A DNA stretch of 64,000 nt from an uncultured delta proteobacterium (GCA_963760795.1 CAVXEP010000022.1:247123-311122); one strand, 5' to 3'. Counted from the first letter of the stretch, positions 22,111 through 37,108 are shown. Notes: generated by a model from the letters alone, not told the origin. Numbers and translations: made by a program.

Positions 22111-23176
22111 TTACAGCGGCGGAACCTTAACGATGGTGGAGCCGTCGATGCTCGCGATGGTCGGCCGTCCGCACTTCGCCATGGTGATCTCGATTTCTTC
22201 ACGCAGCAAATTGAGCACGCGGACAACACCCTGCTCGCCACCGACGGCGAGTCCCCAGAACAGAGGCCGGCCGATGAACACCGCCTTAGCGCCCAATGCG
22301 ATAGCTTTGACGACATCGGCACCGCGCCGAACGCCGCCGTCGAGAAATACTTCCATCTTGCCTTTGGCCGCGGCCACCGCTTCGCCGAGAACTTCCACCG
22401 TCGCCAATGTGTTATCGAGATGGCGGCCGCCGTGATTGGAAACGATCACGCCGTCGGCACCGACTTCGGCGCAGAGTTCGACATCTTCGCCGGTCATGAT
22501 ACCCTTGGCCACCACCGGCAAACTGGTCGTTACCTTGATCCACTGCAGATCTTTCCAGGTCGCCGCCGGGTCAGATCCGGCGCCGCTGCCCGCCGGCCGC
22601 GGCGCGTCGGGATGTTCGCCGCCGGTCGGATAATTGGCACCGCGAGTGCGCTGATAACGATTGCGAATATTGCGTTCGCGCTTGGGCGGCCATTGGGAAT
22701 CTAAAGTCACGATAATCGCCTTGTAGCCGTTGGCCTTGGCGCGGTCGAGCCAATCTTGGGTCATGGCTTTGTCGCGGAACGGATAGAGCTGCACCCACAA
22801 CATGCCGTTGGCCGCTTTGGCGAGATCTTCGAAGGAGGTATTAGCGTTGGCGCTCACCGCCATCGCCGTGCCGCAGGATGCGGCGGCGCGGTAGGTGGCA
22901 AGCTCGCCGTCGGGATGCGCCCGCTTGTGACCGCCGCAGGATCAACACCGGCAACGCGACCTTGCAACCCAGCACAGTGGTCGACAAGTCGAGCTTGCTG
23001 ACATCGCGCAAGACGCGCGGGCGAAACGCCCAAGAGGCATAGGCGCGCCGGTTACGGTCGACGCTGATCTCATCGGTGGCGCCGCCGGCGATGTAGTCGT
23101 ATTCCGCCTTCGGCAGCAGCTCCTTGGCGGCATCTTCGAATTCAAAAAGGTTGATCGGTTGCGCGGTGTCTGCCAT
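22111..23176 (-). CDS. FMN-dependent alpha-hydroxy acid oxidase/dehydrogenase, frameshift near 22930
   Basis: YDYIAGGATDE, RPRVLRDV, WVQLY, SNHGGRHLD, DGGVRRGADVVKAIALGA and GRP motifs. Confidence 0.92.
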
Positions 23177-23210
23177 GAAAACTCCTGATCGCTCGATCGA
23201 GCGTTATTTG

Positions 23211-23462
23211 TTATTGCTTCGCCTTCAACTGCTGGTCGTTGGCTTTGAGAAACTCGCGAATCTCATCGGCGTAGTCGAGCAATCTCGTCCACTGCTCTTT
23301 GTAGAGCGTCACAGGAAATCGCCCCAACCCGTAAATCGACAGCCCGCCCTTTTCACTTACCTTCAAGCGCAGTTCTCCGGGCTTGCGCTCGACCTGTTGT
23401 TTCAGTGCCTGATTCTCGGCTTCGAGCCGCGCCAGTTTCGCTTCGATGGATTCCTCCGCCAT
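23211..23462 (-). CDS. Small conserved hypothetical protein (83 aa): short coiled coil plus KVSEKGGLSIYGLGRFPVTLYKEQW domain
   Basis: ATG 23462 with GGAGG RBS; clean ORF. Confidence 0.8.
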   Translation of the reverse strand: MAEESIEAKLARLEAENQALKQQVERKPGELRLKVSEKGGLSIYGLGRFPVTLYKEQWTRLLDYADEIREFLKANDQQLKAKQ

Positions 23463-23647
23463 ATGTCCTCCAGATGATTTCGTCTGCCAATAACGTCCTG
23501 CCAACGTTTTATCGCAAAGCTGGCGACAACGCGAGCGCGTCGCAACAACCGCTTGAACCTAGTCCTCAAGTCGGATTATAACAAGTGACAATGCATGGCT
23601 AACAACGATCTATTTAAAATTAAAACTTTTCAGGAGGAACATTCAGG

Positions 23648-24736
23648 ATGAGCGCAAACCTCGGCACTAGAATCATCGATGGCGATGGTCACATTATGGA
23701 AGACAACGCCGGAATTATCGCGCACATGGAAGGCGCCTACCGCGAGATCGCGGCACGCAAGGGAATCTGTTTTCCGCCCTTGGACCATCTGCACTCGGGG
23801 CGCGCAGTCGAAACACCGCCGCAGCGTGACGGCCGCCCGCCCGTCGGGCCCCAAGGGCTGGCTCGAGTTTCTCGACGACGTCGGCATCGACTGGACGGTC
23901 ATGTATCCGACCGTGGCGCTTTCCTACGGCAAGATCGTCAGCCGCGACTACGCGGTCGCGGTCTGCAAAGCCTACAACGACTGGCTGCCCGAGACCTACC
24001 TCAAATTCAATCCGCGCTTCAAAGGGATGGCGATCATTCCGATGCAGGACCCCGAAGAGGCCGCCAAGGAACTGCGCCGCGCGGTCACCGAGCTGGGCAT
24101 GCTCGGGGCCATGATGCCGTCCAACGGGCTCGCCCAGCCGCTCGGCGCGAAACAGTACTGGCCGATCTACGAAGAAGCCAATCGGCTCGGCTGCTGCCTC
24201 GCCGTCCACGGCGGCGCCCACGACCGCTTCGGCATGGACCATATGAACATGTACGTGCCGGTGCACGCTCTCGGCCATCCGTGGGGCTTGACGATCAACT
24301 GCGCCGATATTGTCTACAACGGCATCTTCGAGCGCTTCCCGCGCGTGCGCATCGCCTTTCTCGAGGGCGGCATCGCTTGGCTGCTGCTCCTGCTCGAACG
24401 GCTGCACGCCTCGCACGAGACCCACTTCCAGCATATCCCCGAAGGCGAGTTCGGCATTCGCGAAGAACAGGATCCGGCCAAGGCAGCTGAAGAAAGCTGA
24501 TCAAAGACGGCCGCCTCTACCTTGGCATCGAGACCGAAGAGCTGACCATGCCCTTCGCCATCAAGACCGTCGGCAATACGCCGTTCCTCTATTCGTCCGA
24601 CTTCCCCCACGAAGTCACCAACGAAAGCTGCAAACACGACCTCGGTGAGCTGCTGGAGAGCGACGAGATCACCGAGGACGACAAAGCTGCCATGCTTTGG
24701 CGCAACGCGGAGACGTTTTACAAGCTGCCGCTGTAA
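23648..24736 (+). CDS. Amidohydrolase family protein (Amidohydro_2), frameshifted (~23855, ~24490)
   Basis: IIDGDGH, AYNDWL, AVHGG, FLEGGIAW and YSSDFPHE motifs. Confidence 0.88.
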
Positions 24737-24833
24737 ATCGGATCCGATTGGAAGACTCGGAACTGATGGAGCGGTTGGAACCGTTCAAGCGTCCGAACTC
24801 GACGTGACCGCGCGCACGTAAGGAAGGAAGAAC

Positions 24834-25915
24834 ATGGAAACCTGCAACGCCGCTGTCATCACCGAACATAACAAACCCTTGACGATTCAAAAGGTGCAAA
24901 TCCCCAATCTCGATCCGGGCTCGTTGCTGATCAAGATCACCGCCTCGACGCTGTGCGGCACCGACGTGCATCGCTGGCATGGACCACTGGGCGAGAGAGA
25001 CACTTTGCCGATCGTCACCGGCCACGAGCCCTGCGGCACGGTAGAAGATATCGCTGGTGAGCGCACCGATATCTTGGGCAACCGGTCAACCGCGGCGATC
25101 GCGTGGTCTGGAGTTATGTCGCTTGCGGTTCTTGTTATTACTGCGCGGTCGCCTGCCAGCCTTGCATCTGCCGCGGCCGCGCCTCCTGGGGCCATAATCG
25201 CAGCGATCAGCATCCCTACCTGCTCGGCAGCTGCGCCGAATACATGTACGTGCCCAAAGAATGCTTGATCATCAAAGTTCCCGACGAAGTGACCTCGGCG
25301 TCAGCAGCGGCCTCGGCCTGCGCTTACCGCACAGTCATGCATGGTTATGACCGTCTCGGCGCGATCAAGAGCCATGAGACCGTGTTGATCCAAGGCAGCG
25401 GACCGCTCGGCAACTTCGCCACCGCGGTTGCCAAAGATCACGGCGCGAAAAAAGTGCTAGTCATCGGCGCGCCGGCGAATCGTTTGGAAGTCACCAAGAA
25501 AATGGGCGCCGACGCGGTTTTGAATCTCGAAGAAGTGACCGACGAAAAACAGCGCCGCCAGTGGGTCAAGGACCATACCGACGGGCGCGGCGCCGATGTC
25601 GTCATCCAGGTCGCCAACAACATGGCGGTGCCTGAAGGGCTGACATTGCTGCGCGACGGCGGCCGTTACTTGAATATCGGCGCCGGCGGCAAAGCGAATA
25701 TCGCGGTGGAAAAGATCCCGCAAGGAAATGTTGTTCATCACGGTCCGTTCCGGCGAACCGCGCCACTGGCTCCAAGCGATTGATTTTCTGGCCTCGCGCA
25801 AAAAGACCTTTCCCTTCGAAGACATGATCAGCAAGAGCTACAAGCTCGAGCAGATCAACGAAGCCATGGCGGCGATGGCAAGCTACTCGGTGGTCAAAGC
25901 GGTGATCAATTTCTA
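24834..25915 (+). CDS. Zinc-dependent alcohol dehydrogenase (MDR family), frameshifted (~25085, ~25720)
   Basis: CGTDVH, GHEPCG, CGSCYYC......C structural zinc site and GSGPLG Rossmann motif. Confidence 0.9.
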
Positions 25916-26154
25916 TCGGCGCCGGCGGCAAAGCCAATATCGCCGTGGAGAAAATCCCCGAGATGTTGTTCATCACGGTCCGTTCGGGCGAACCGCGCCA
26001 CTGGCTCCAGGCCATCGAATTTTCTCGCTTCGCGGCGGAAGACGTTTCCCTTCGAAGAAATGATCAGCAAGAAGCTACGAGTTCGAGCAAATCAACGAAG
26101 CCATGGAAGCGATGGCAAATTCTCTGCGGTAGTAAGGCAGTGATTAATTTCTAG
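25675..26154 (+). repeat. Diverged tandem duplication (~240 bp unit) of the ADH 3' end
   Basis: Copy 1 25675-25913 and copy 2 25914-26154 both start TATCGGCGCCGGCGGCAAAGC and end GTGAT(C/T)AATTTCT. Confidence 0.9.
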
Positions 26155-26257
26155 GTTCTACAGGCTTTCATGTGGATCATCTGTCGCGTTCGATTTTGTC
26201 TTATGCGTCACAAAGAGCCTGGCGATTGGCCACGGCTAAATGGGAAAGAGTTTTTCA

Positions 26258-26316
26258 ATACGAAGGACACGAAGGGTTCGGATGGCCAAATCTCCGAACT
26301 TCATGCTCTTCGTGGT
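26258..26316. repeat. Intergenic hairpin of the ACGAAGGACACGAAG type
   Basis: acgaaggacacgaagggttcgga ... tccgaacttcatgctcttcgt; related half-sites at ~13785-13812 and ~32505-32533. Confidence 0.6.
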
Positions 26317-26376
26317 GAGTTACAGTTACTCCCGACAACGATCAACAGCGTTAGACCTAGCGCTGGAATTCTGAAA

Positions 26377-27128
26377 CTAAGAAACGATCGGAGGCTTGGT
26401 CCCACGCTCGATGACCTGCCCATTGACCGCCGCGCTTGAGCGGCTCGCTAAATAGACTATCGTCGCAGCCATGGAATCCGCCGGGCGGATCCGGCCAGAC
26501 TCCAGTGACTGTTTGACATATTCAGCGCTCTTACCGCGGCGCCACATCGGCGTATCGGTGCCGCCCGGCTCGACGGCATTGATCGTCACGTCGACGCCAA
26601 GTTGCTTGAACTCGGCGGCAACGCTCCGCGTGAATGCCTCCACCCCAGCCTTCGACGCCGAGTAGGCCGAGTTGGTCGCGTTGCCCTGCACATGGCGGAA
26701 GGAAAGATGACGATCCGGCCGTAGCCGCGCGCGATCATGCCGCGCGCCACCGCCTGCGTGCATAGAAAGGTCCCCTTCAGATTGATCCCGATCACCTGAT
26801 CCCAGACATTTTCCGGCATATCTAACAGCGGATACTTGATCATCACGGCCGCGCTGTTGATCAGGATGTCGATCTTGTCGTCTCGGCTGACGATGTCGCT
26901 GACTAGATTGTTAACCTGACCGCGATCGGTTACATCGAGTTGCGCGCCGTGCGCGGCGACGCCGCTACTGCGCAGCTCAGCCACCGCCCGTTCTATTGCC
27001 GCAGCATCGCGCGAAGCGAGCCAAACCTGCGCGCCGGCATTGCCCAGTGCCTGGGCCATCGCCCGGCCGATACCGGTCGCTCCGCCGGTGATGAGAGCCA
27101 CTTGTCCGGTCAAATCATGATTTGCCAC
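26377..27128 (-). CDS. SDR family oxidoreductase, frameshift near 26700
   Basis: TGGATGIG, LINSA, INLKG, YSASK and VEPG.TDT motifs. Confidence 0.9.
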
Positions 27129-27285
27129 TGTCCCACTCCTTCAGCTTAGGTTGCGATCCGCGCGCGGAATTTGCGAATGCTGACAATTGCCGAGCCATCG
27201 CACGAGCGATGCGATCATAGGGAGAGTGAAAAAGATTGGCAACTGGAGTGGTGCGAAAAAGGTGGTGCCGCCGCGGCAAACTTCA

Positions 27286-28812
27286 TCAACCGCTGGTGGG
27301 CAGCGGCAAAGCGAACCAAAAAATGCTGCCTTTGCCCGGCTCGCTGTCGACACCGATCGCTCCGCCCATGGCTTCAACCAGCTCTTCGGCCACCGCCGAA
27401 GCCGAGCCCGGTGCCGCCAAAGCTTCTGGTGCTCGAACCATCCACCTGCACGAAACGCTCAAAGATGACCGCTTGCTTCTCGACCGCGATACCGACGCCG
27501 GTGTCGACAATCGCGAAGCAAACCGCACCTTCAAGCTCGTGGAGACGATCGGCGCCAAAGCGCACGCCGCAGGCGCTTGGCACCATACCGCCGACGTCCA
27601 TGCGGATTTCCCCCTGTTGGGTGAACTTGAGCGCATTGCCGAGCAAGCGGTGCAGCACTTGTTTTAGACGCGTGCGATCGCCGCGCACGCGAGCCGGCAG
27701 ATCCGGTGCAATCGAAAGCGTATACCGCAGCCCCTTCTCCTGCGCCAAGCAGCGGTAAGACTCGCTCACTTCTTGCAAGCATGGGCCGAGGTCGAAGATC
27801 GATGGCTCGGCCGTCGATCGCCCCCCTGCCAAATCGCCCATGGTAAGGAGTTCCTCGATGACACCCATCAAGGATGCCGCGCAGGTTTGAATCGTTTCGG
27901 CGCAGTCGCGCTGGTCGTCGGTCAATTCGCTGTCGGCCAACAATTCTGCCATGCCGATGACGCCGTTCAACGGTGTCCGCAGTTCATGGCTCATGTTGGC
28001 GAGGAGTTCCGACTTAGCGCGACTGGCGGACTCGGCTTCAACCTTGGCACGTGCCAGCGCCAGCTCTATGCGCTTGCGCACGGTCAAGTCGACGCCATAA
28101 CCGCGGGCGATTCGTTCGCCGGCCACAGGCACGAGCTTCCATTCGTAGCAATGATCGCCGACGTTGACTTCGACGGCGCCGATTTCAGTTTGCCGGGCTA
28201 GACAGTCCGCCGTCAGCGCCTCGATATTTTCGGGCAACACCGCGGCATGCAGCCCGGCGCCGAAGCCAAATCGATCCATCAAACTCATCATCACCGGATT
28301 GGCGTGGATCAGGTTGGCGTCCTCGTTGAGTTCGACGATGGCGAGGGGACAGGCCTCGGCGATGGATGCTAGACTGCGCAAATCCTTCTCCACCGCCAGC
28401 TCGCGCGTGATGTCATGGAAAGCCAAGATTGCGCCTATGCCGCCGCTGGTAGAATAGCGCGAGCAACGGTACTCAACAGGTTTCGCCACGTCACCGCGGC
28501 AGGAGAGCCACATGCGTCCAGAGGATGCGATGCTCTCATCCTCGAGAGTGCGGGCAATCGGACAATTTTCCGGCTTGGCGGTAAGCTCCTCCAAATGACA
28601 ATCGAACCACTCATGGGCCGGCTGGCCGATTAACGTCGCCGCCGGCCAACCGAGAAAGCGCTCGGCTTGCTGATTGAGCATGAGGATTTTGCCCTTGCCA
28701 TCGGTGAGCAAGGCGCCCGACGGCAAGCCATCAAGCAAGAACTGCACAACGTCGCCGGCCTCATCGCTAGGGAGGCAAGGAAGAGCCGGTCTAAGACATT
28801 GAGGATGCTCAT
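27286..28812 (-). CDS. PAS-domain sensor histidine kinase, frameshifted (~28750, ~27400)
   Basis: PAS (NQQAERFLGW), HisKA ANMSHELRTPLNGVIG, and HATPase GNALKFT, DTGVGI, GGTGLG, GSIFWF. Confidence 0.9.
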
Positions 28813-30099
28813 GCCAACGCTCCCGGTGCCAATCTCATAAAAACCAGTGGATCGATTCGTTCCTTGACTGGGTCGAGCACGGCGACGATGCGCCGCTCGA
28901 TAGCGTCCTTAGCGCCGTCCGCTAAGCCAATGACCGGGCCATTGAACTGCATTAAGCCGCTGCGCGACATGATCACTCGCACCACCGGTTTCAACGCCGC
29001 CACACGGCTGGTCGCCACCACCACACCCCGTTCGCCGGTGTTTAGCTCCACCACACTGCCGATCGGGTAGACACCCAAACTACGGATTACTTTTTCGACC
29101 AGAGCCCGGTCGGCCGAGCCGGAATTGGCTTGCAAATAGAGCTGGCGCAGCACTTCGGTGGGTTGTCGGGGCGCAACCTGATTGCGCCCCGACAACATAT
29201 CGTCATAACTATCGGTGAGCGCGACAATCTGACTGTACAGACTCAGGTCGGCGCCGCCGGTGGGATAGCCCGAGCCATCGATGCGCTCATGGTGGGCGAG
29301 CACGATGCTCTGCGCCATCGGCGGGATGCCTGGGTTTTGCGCTAACAGTGCCGCGCCAAGAGCCGGATGCTGTTTCAGCAAATTAGCTTCAGCGTCGGTT
29401 AAATTATTGGTTTTGTGCAGCAGCGCCCTGGGCAAACGAGTCTCGCCGATATCATGGAGCAGCGCAGCTATTCCCAGCATCGCGATATCGTCGCCAAGAT
29501 TCTCGGCAAGTGCCACCACCAAAGAAAGCACGCAAACATTGATCGCATGAGTAAATAAATCCGTTTGAAACCGGCGCATCTGCATAAGAAGCAGGCTCGC
29601 CTCCGGGGAGCGCATGATGCTCGCCCGCAGCTGCGTTACCACCTGTGCGGCGATTTTGCCGTCGATGCGCGCCCCGCCACCGACGCCGTCAAATATCGTC
29701 TGCGCTAGAATCAACGCCTCGTCGTGGATCGCCCGGGCGTTTTCGAGTTCCCGCGCCAGGGGTTGAAAGGCCAACTCAGCGGCCGACGGCGGCGCCTGGG
29801 CAGGGGCCACATGGCCACCGGCGAGATGATCCTCAGTGGCGCGACTCGCCGGCGCACCGGCCTTAATGGGACTGCTGCCCAGAGCATCCGTCACATCCAC
29901 ACCGCGCGCGGTATCGATCACGACTTCGCGGGTGCCATGCTTCTTGAGCTGGTCGATCTCTTCGGTCCGTTGAATCAGCTTACGATGAAACAAAAACGGT
30001 GTCTTTAACCAGGAACGGTCCAAACCCGGCGACGTACATGCCAAGGCGCAAATCGTCGATCGCTATCCGTTTTCTCGTGAGCATGTCTTCGTCGTCCAT
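28809..30099 (-). CDS. HD-GYP cyclic-dinucleotide phosphodiesterase with DUF3391-type N-terminus, frameshift near 30035
   Basis: KRIAIDDLRLGMY..LDRSWLKTPF, LLHDIG, HHERIDGSGYP and GVYPIGS.VELNTGE motifs. Confidence 0.9.
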
Positions 30100-30331
30100 G
30101 TTGTCCTGCCTATTGAGAGTTAACAACGCGTTGCCTGGCAAGCCACAGCCAGTCACCAACAGCTAAGCTATCGGCAGGTGAACAAAGAAGTTAAATGGTG
30201 TCGGGGCGTGCTCCAGGGACACCGGCGGATAGCTGAAGCCGAAATCCGCAGTTGAAGAATGTGTCGCGGCTGTCATTCTGTGGCAAAGCTGAGGAATCTC
30301 GTCTTCGTAGGAGGCAAACAAGACGAGTCTT

Positions 30332-30361
30332 GTCGGTCGGGTTAGCATAGAATAACCCAAC
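30332..30361 (+). repeat. GTAG-family REP-like palindrome (degenerate)
   Basis: gtcggtcgggttagcatagaataacccaac; same family as the element at 32472-32499, in opposite orientation. Confidence 0.55.
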
Positions 30362-30380
30362 TCTTAGCCGGCCCGCCACC

Positions 30381-30471
30381 GACGCCAACTTCACCGTCTC
30401 GCTTGTTAATTTGAATTGAGCAGAAGAATTCTGTCCGATCGGAGTCACCCAAGTGCTCCGGCATCTCCATT
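30381..30471. repeat. Direct repeat copy A (~85-90 bp, hairpin-containing)
   Basis: gacgccaacttca....gaagaattctgtccgatcggagtcacccaagtgctccggcatctccatt; matches 32328-32408. Confidence 0.8.
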
Positions 30472-31220
30472 CTGATGAAAATTCCTGGGTTATAAACATT
30501 TCGTATCGTCTCATCCATAAATCCGGCAACTCCGCTTGTTTCCGGCTCCCTTGGGCGCAGCCTCGGAGGTTTAACAAAGCGTGAGCGTCGTGCGCAAATA
30601 TGGGCGCTCACTTCGGTCGTCACCAAAGGGTACCTCGCCATCGAGCATACCGTCCGAGAGATTATCGTTGCTTCGTGGGCGTGGCCTGCAATCTGAAACA
30701 GACTCTACATCTACTCCCTACCAGATCAGAAAACCAGCTCAAACTCGCGTCTGAGGGGGCGGCGTCGCTCGTCTTTCTGGTTGTGGCACCATCGCAGGCA
30801 AAACCTCCCATGGTGGAAAGCTAATTTGCCATCGACAGCGGTTGCTGGCGCAGACTGCAAATCGTAATCGTGGGGTTTGCAATAGAATCATTCATTAATG
30901 CTTGATTCGTATGTCTCCTTAGGTGTCTGCACTAGCAGCGCGGATTGAGTCAAGATCGTTCCGCTGACAATTTCAATGTCAATCCACCGAGGAACGCTCT
31001 CGTCAACGGCGGCCGACGAAACCTTGCTTGCGCGATAAAATTCGCGCGTATATGATGGCGAGAATTTACACCGGCAGGTTAGGATGCTGTTCTTAGCGAC
31101 GATTTCTCTTCAGTTTCGGGTCGGCTGCAGTGGCAACATGACCGCTGCCACCACCCGGAACATTTCGCATCCGCATTGAAACCGTGTTCCTAGCGCTAAG
31201 TCTTTATTTCAAAGAACATC

Positions 31221-32306
31221 GTGAAAAGCCTTCTCGCTAAAACGGCGCTCGTGCTGTTGAGCATCTTGTTTGCCTTGGGCGCTTTCGATCTTACCGTCTA
31301 TCTTTTACCGAAACATTTCTTGCCCGGCCCATTGCGAAATCTGGTTCTTCTGATGGAGGGAGACACCTACTACGTCAAGGATCCGCCAATTGGCAATATG
31401 ATCCGGCCCCAAACTGATTACTTGTTCCCCGGCGAGGAGTTCAGCTTCCGCATACAAACCCGGTTGAATTTTCCCAGCGCAGGGTTTCGCGGTGGAACCT
31501 TAGGCGGACCTGCTTGGGGAGCCGCCTTTGGAGATTCGTTCACATTCGGCGCAGGTGTCGACCAAGAGGCGACCTGGGTGGCGCAGCTGGCGCGACTGAC
31601 AAATCGCGAGATCATAAATTTTGGCGTGCCCGGCCACGGCCCGCATCAGTACACGCGAATTTTTCAAAAATATGGAGTGCGGTTGCGTCCCAAGGTTGTT
31701 TTCTATGCGTTATTCTCCAACGACCTGAGGGACGGGGTTCGTTTTGAAGCGCCGCCGGCCAATCGCAGACAACGGATGACCGCAAAAGGATTCATGAGGC
31801 GTTACTCGGCGAGCTACAATATTTTTGACAACGTGTCCCGCTCCCTTAAAAAAAGCAGGACAAATGACCGGCGAAACACAATCGGCCTCAAGCTGCTGGA
31901 TCGACGGTTGCGCGACCCGTACGCAATTGCAGATCAAAAATTCGCGTCAACCTGGGCTGGGATAGCAAGGCAGATTGAAGATGCTTACCAAGAGAGCAAA
32001 CGCACAAACGCAACCTTCATCCTGCTTTACTTTCCACAAAAAGAAGAAGTGTATTGGGAACTCGCCAAGGAACGAATAAAATCGACTGACGCCTTCAAAG
32101 AACGCGTTGATCGACTCAGAAAAACAATTGCGGCGTTTTGCGGCGCGCGCGATCTTTTGTGTCTCGACTTAACTCCAACGTTAAAAGCGCGAGGATTGCG
32201 CGGAGAAGCATTCTATTTTCCGGTAGACATTCATTGGAATGAAAAGGGAAATACTCTCGTTGCCCAAGCGATCTACAGATTCCTCCTTGAGAAAAAGCTC
32301 ATCTAA
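31221..32306 (+). CDS. Membrane-anchored SGNH/GDSL hydrolase (AlgX/AlgJ-like)
   Basis: N-terminal TM, GDSFTFG, INFGVPG, ND and D.HWNEKG blocks. Confidence 0.85.
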   Translation: MKSLLAKTALVLLSILFALGAFDLTVYLLPKHFLPGPLRNLVLLMEGDTYYVKDPPIGNMIRPQTDYLFPGEEFSFRIQTRLNFPSAGFRGGTLGGPAWGAAFGDSFTFGAGVDQEATWVAQLARLTNREIINFGVPGHGPHQYTRIFQKYGVRLRPKVVFYALFSNDLRDGVRFEAPPANRRQRMTAKGFMRRYSASYNIFDNVSRSLKKSRTNDRRNTIGLKLLDRRLRDPYAIADQKFASTWAGIARQIEDAYQESKRTNATFILLYFPQKEEVYWELAKERIKSTDAFKERVDRLRKTIAAFCGARDLLCLDLTPTLKARGLRGEAFYFPVDIHWNEKGNTLVAQAIYRFLLEKKLI

Positions 32307-32327
32307 TCTACCAGGCGGCGCCGTGTT

Positions 32328-32408
32328 GACGCCAACTTCAACCATGTTTGATAGCGTGGAAGAACTCCTGTCTTATCAGAGTCACCCAAGTGCTCCGGTA
32401 TCTCCATT
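32328..32408. repeat. Direct repeat copy B
   Basis: gacgccaacttca....gaagaactcctgtcttatcagagtcacccaagtgctccggtatctccatt. Confidence 0.8.
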
Positions 32409-32471
32409 GTGAAAAACTATCGCCGCCGCGAAACCAATAAACCGCGATCCGCGTCGCGGTTGAGAGACATA

Positions 32472-32499
32472 TCGGGTTCGCTGCGCTAACCCGACCTAC
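32472..32499 (-). repeat. GTAG-family REP palindrome
   Basis: Minus strand GTAGGTCGGGTTAGCGCAGCGAACCCGA: GTAG tetranucleotide plus TCGGGTT/AACCCGA stem. Confidence 0.7.
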
Positions 32500-32545
32500 C
32501 GAATTTGTGACCTTCGTGTCCTTCGTGTTGAACACGATCTTCGCT

Positions 32546-33979
<1,434 letters not shown>

Positions 33980-34042
33980 CGTCAATTTTCGCGATCCCGC
34001 GCTATCCGAATCAAGCTTGAACGATCGAACTTTTGAACGAAG

Positions 34043-36269
<2,227 letters not shown>

Positions 36270-36277
<8 letters not shown>

Positions 36278-36982
36278 GGCGCTTCACCCCTTCGGCGACG
36301 GCAGCGGCGATCGATGAAAAAAGCTTCGCGCCGTCGTCGCTGCCGAGCAGTTTGTTGCAGGCGTCTTCCGGATGGGGCATCAAACCGACGACGTTGCGCT
36401 CTTCGTTGCAAATCCCGGCGATATTTTCCAACGAACCGTTGGGATTGGCCGCCGCCGTGGCTTTGCCCTTGGCATCGACGTACTGCAGCAAGATCTGCCG
36501 GTTGTTATGCATGCGTTCGAGGGTGGCGGCGTCGGCGAAATAGCAGCCTTCGCCATGCTTGATGGGAATTTTCAGAAGCTGGCCTTTTTTCAGGTTGCGC
36601 GTGAACGGCGAGTCGCTCTCCTCGACGCGCAAATGCACCGGCTGGCAGACAAACTGAAGCCCAACATTGCGCACCAGCGCGCCGGGCAGCAGCCCTACTT
36701 CACAAAGGATTTGAAAACCATTGCAGATACCGAGAACCAAACCGCCGCGCCGGGCATGCTCGACGACGCCGCTCATGATCGGCGAAAAGCGCGCCATGGC
36801 GCCGCAGCGCAGATAGTCGCCGTAGGAAAAGCCGCCGGGCAAGACCAGACAATCGAAATCGCCGCTGAGCTCGTCTTTGTGCCAAAGCTGTTCGACGCTC
36901 TTGCTTCAAGTCGAGCTTGAAGCGAGTCGACGACATCTTGATCGTCGCAGGAACCGGGAAAAGTAATGACACCCCAACGCAT
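36270..36982 (-). CDS. purQ: Phosphoribosylformylglycinamidine synthase subunit PurQ, frameshift near 36900
   Basis: [33 protein letters not shown] and GLMPHPE. Confidence 0.95.
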
Positions 36983-36993
36983 GAATTCAACTC

Positions 36994-37092
36994 AATGGAT
37001 AATGGAGAAATGACAGTGAAGAATTTAAGACTTCGGAAGCGCGCTGATTGACTTCCGATTCCGATCATTTTCCATTATCCATTCTCCATTAT
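36994..37092. repeat. Heptamer-repeat imperfect palindrome (AATGGAT/TCCATT) between purS and purQ
   Basis: aatggataatggagaaatg ... cattttccattatccattctccattat. Confidence 0.7.
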
Positions 37093-37108
37093 CGATTTAG
37101 ACCGCCGA

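Noticed and set aside
25675-26154. DGR template/variable repeat pair
   Set aside because: Differences are not adenine-specific, many are synonymous, and no reverse transcriptase is present.
30100-31200. c-di-GMP riboswitch upstream of the HD-GYP gene
   Set aside because: Could not find the class I (GGCAAA..GAAA..GACGCAAA) or class II core by eye; needs cmscan.
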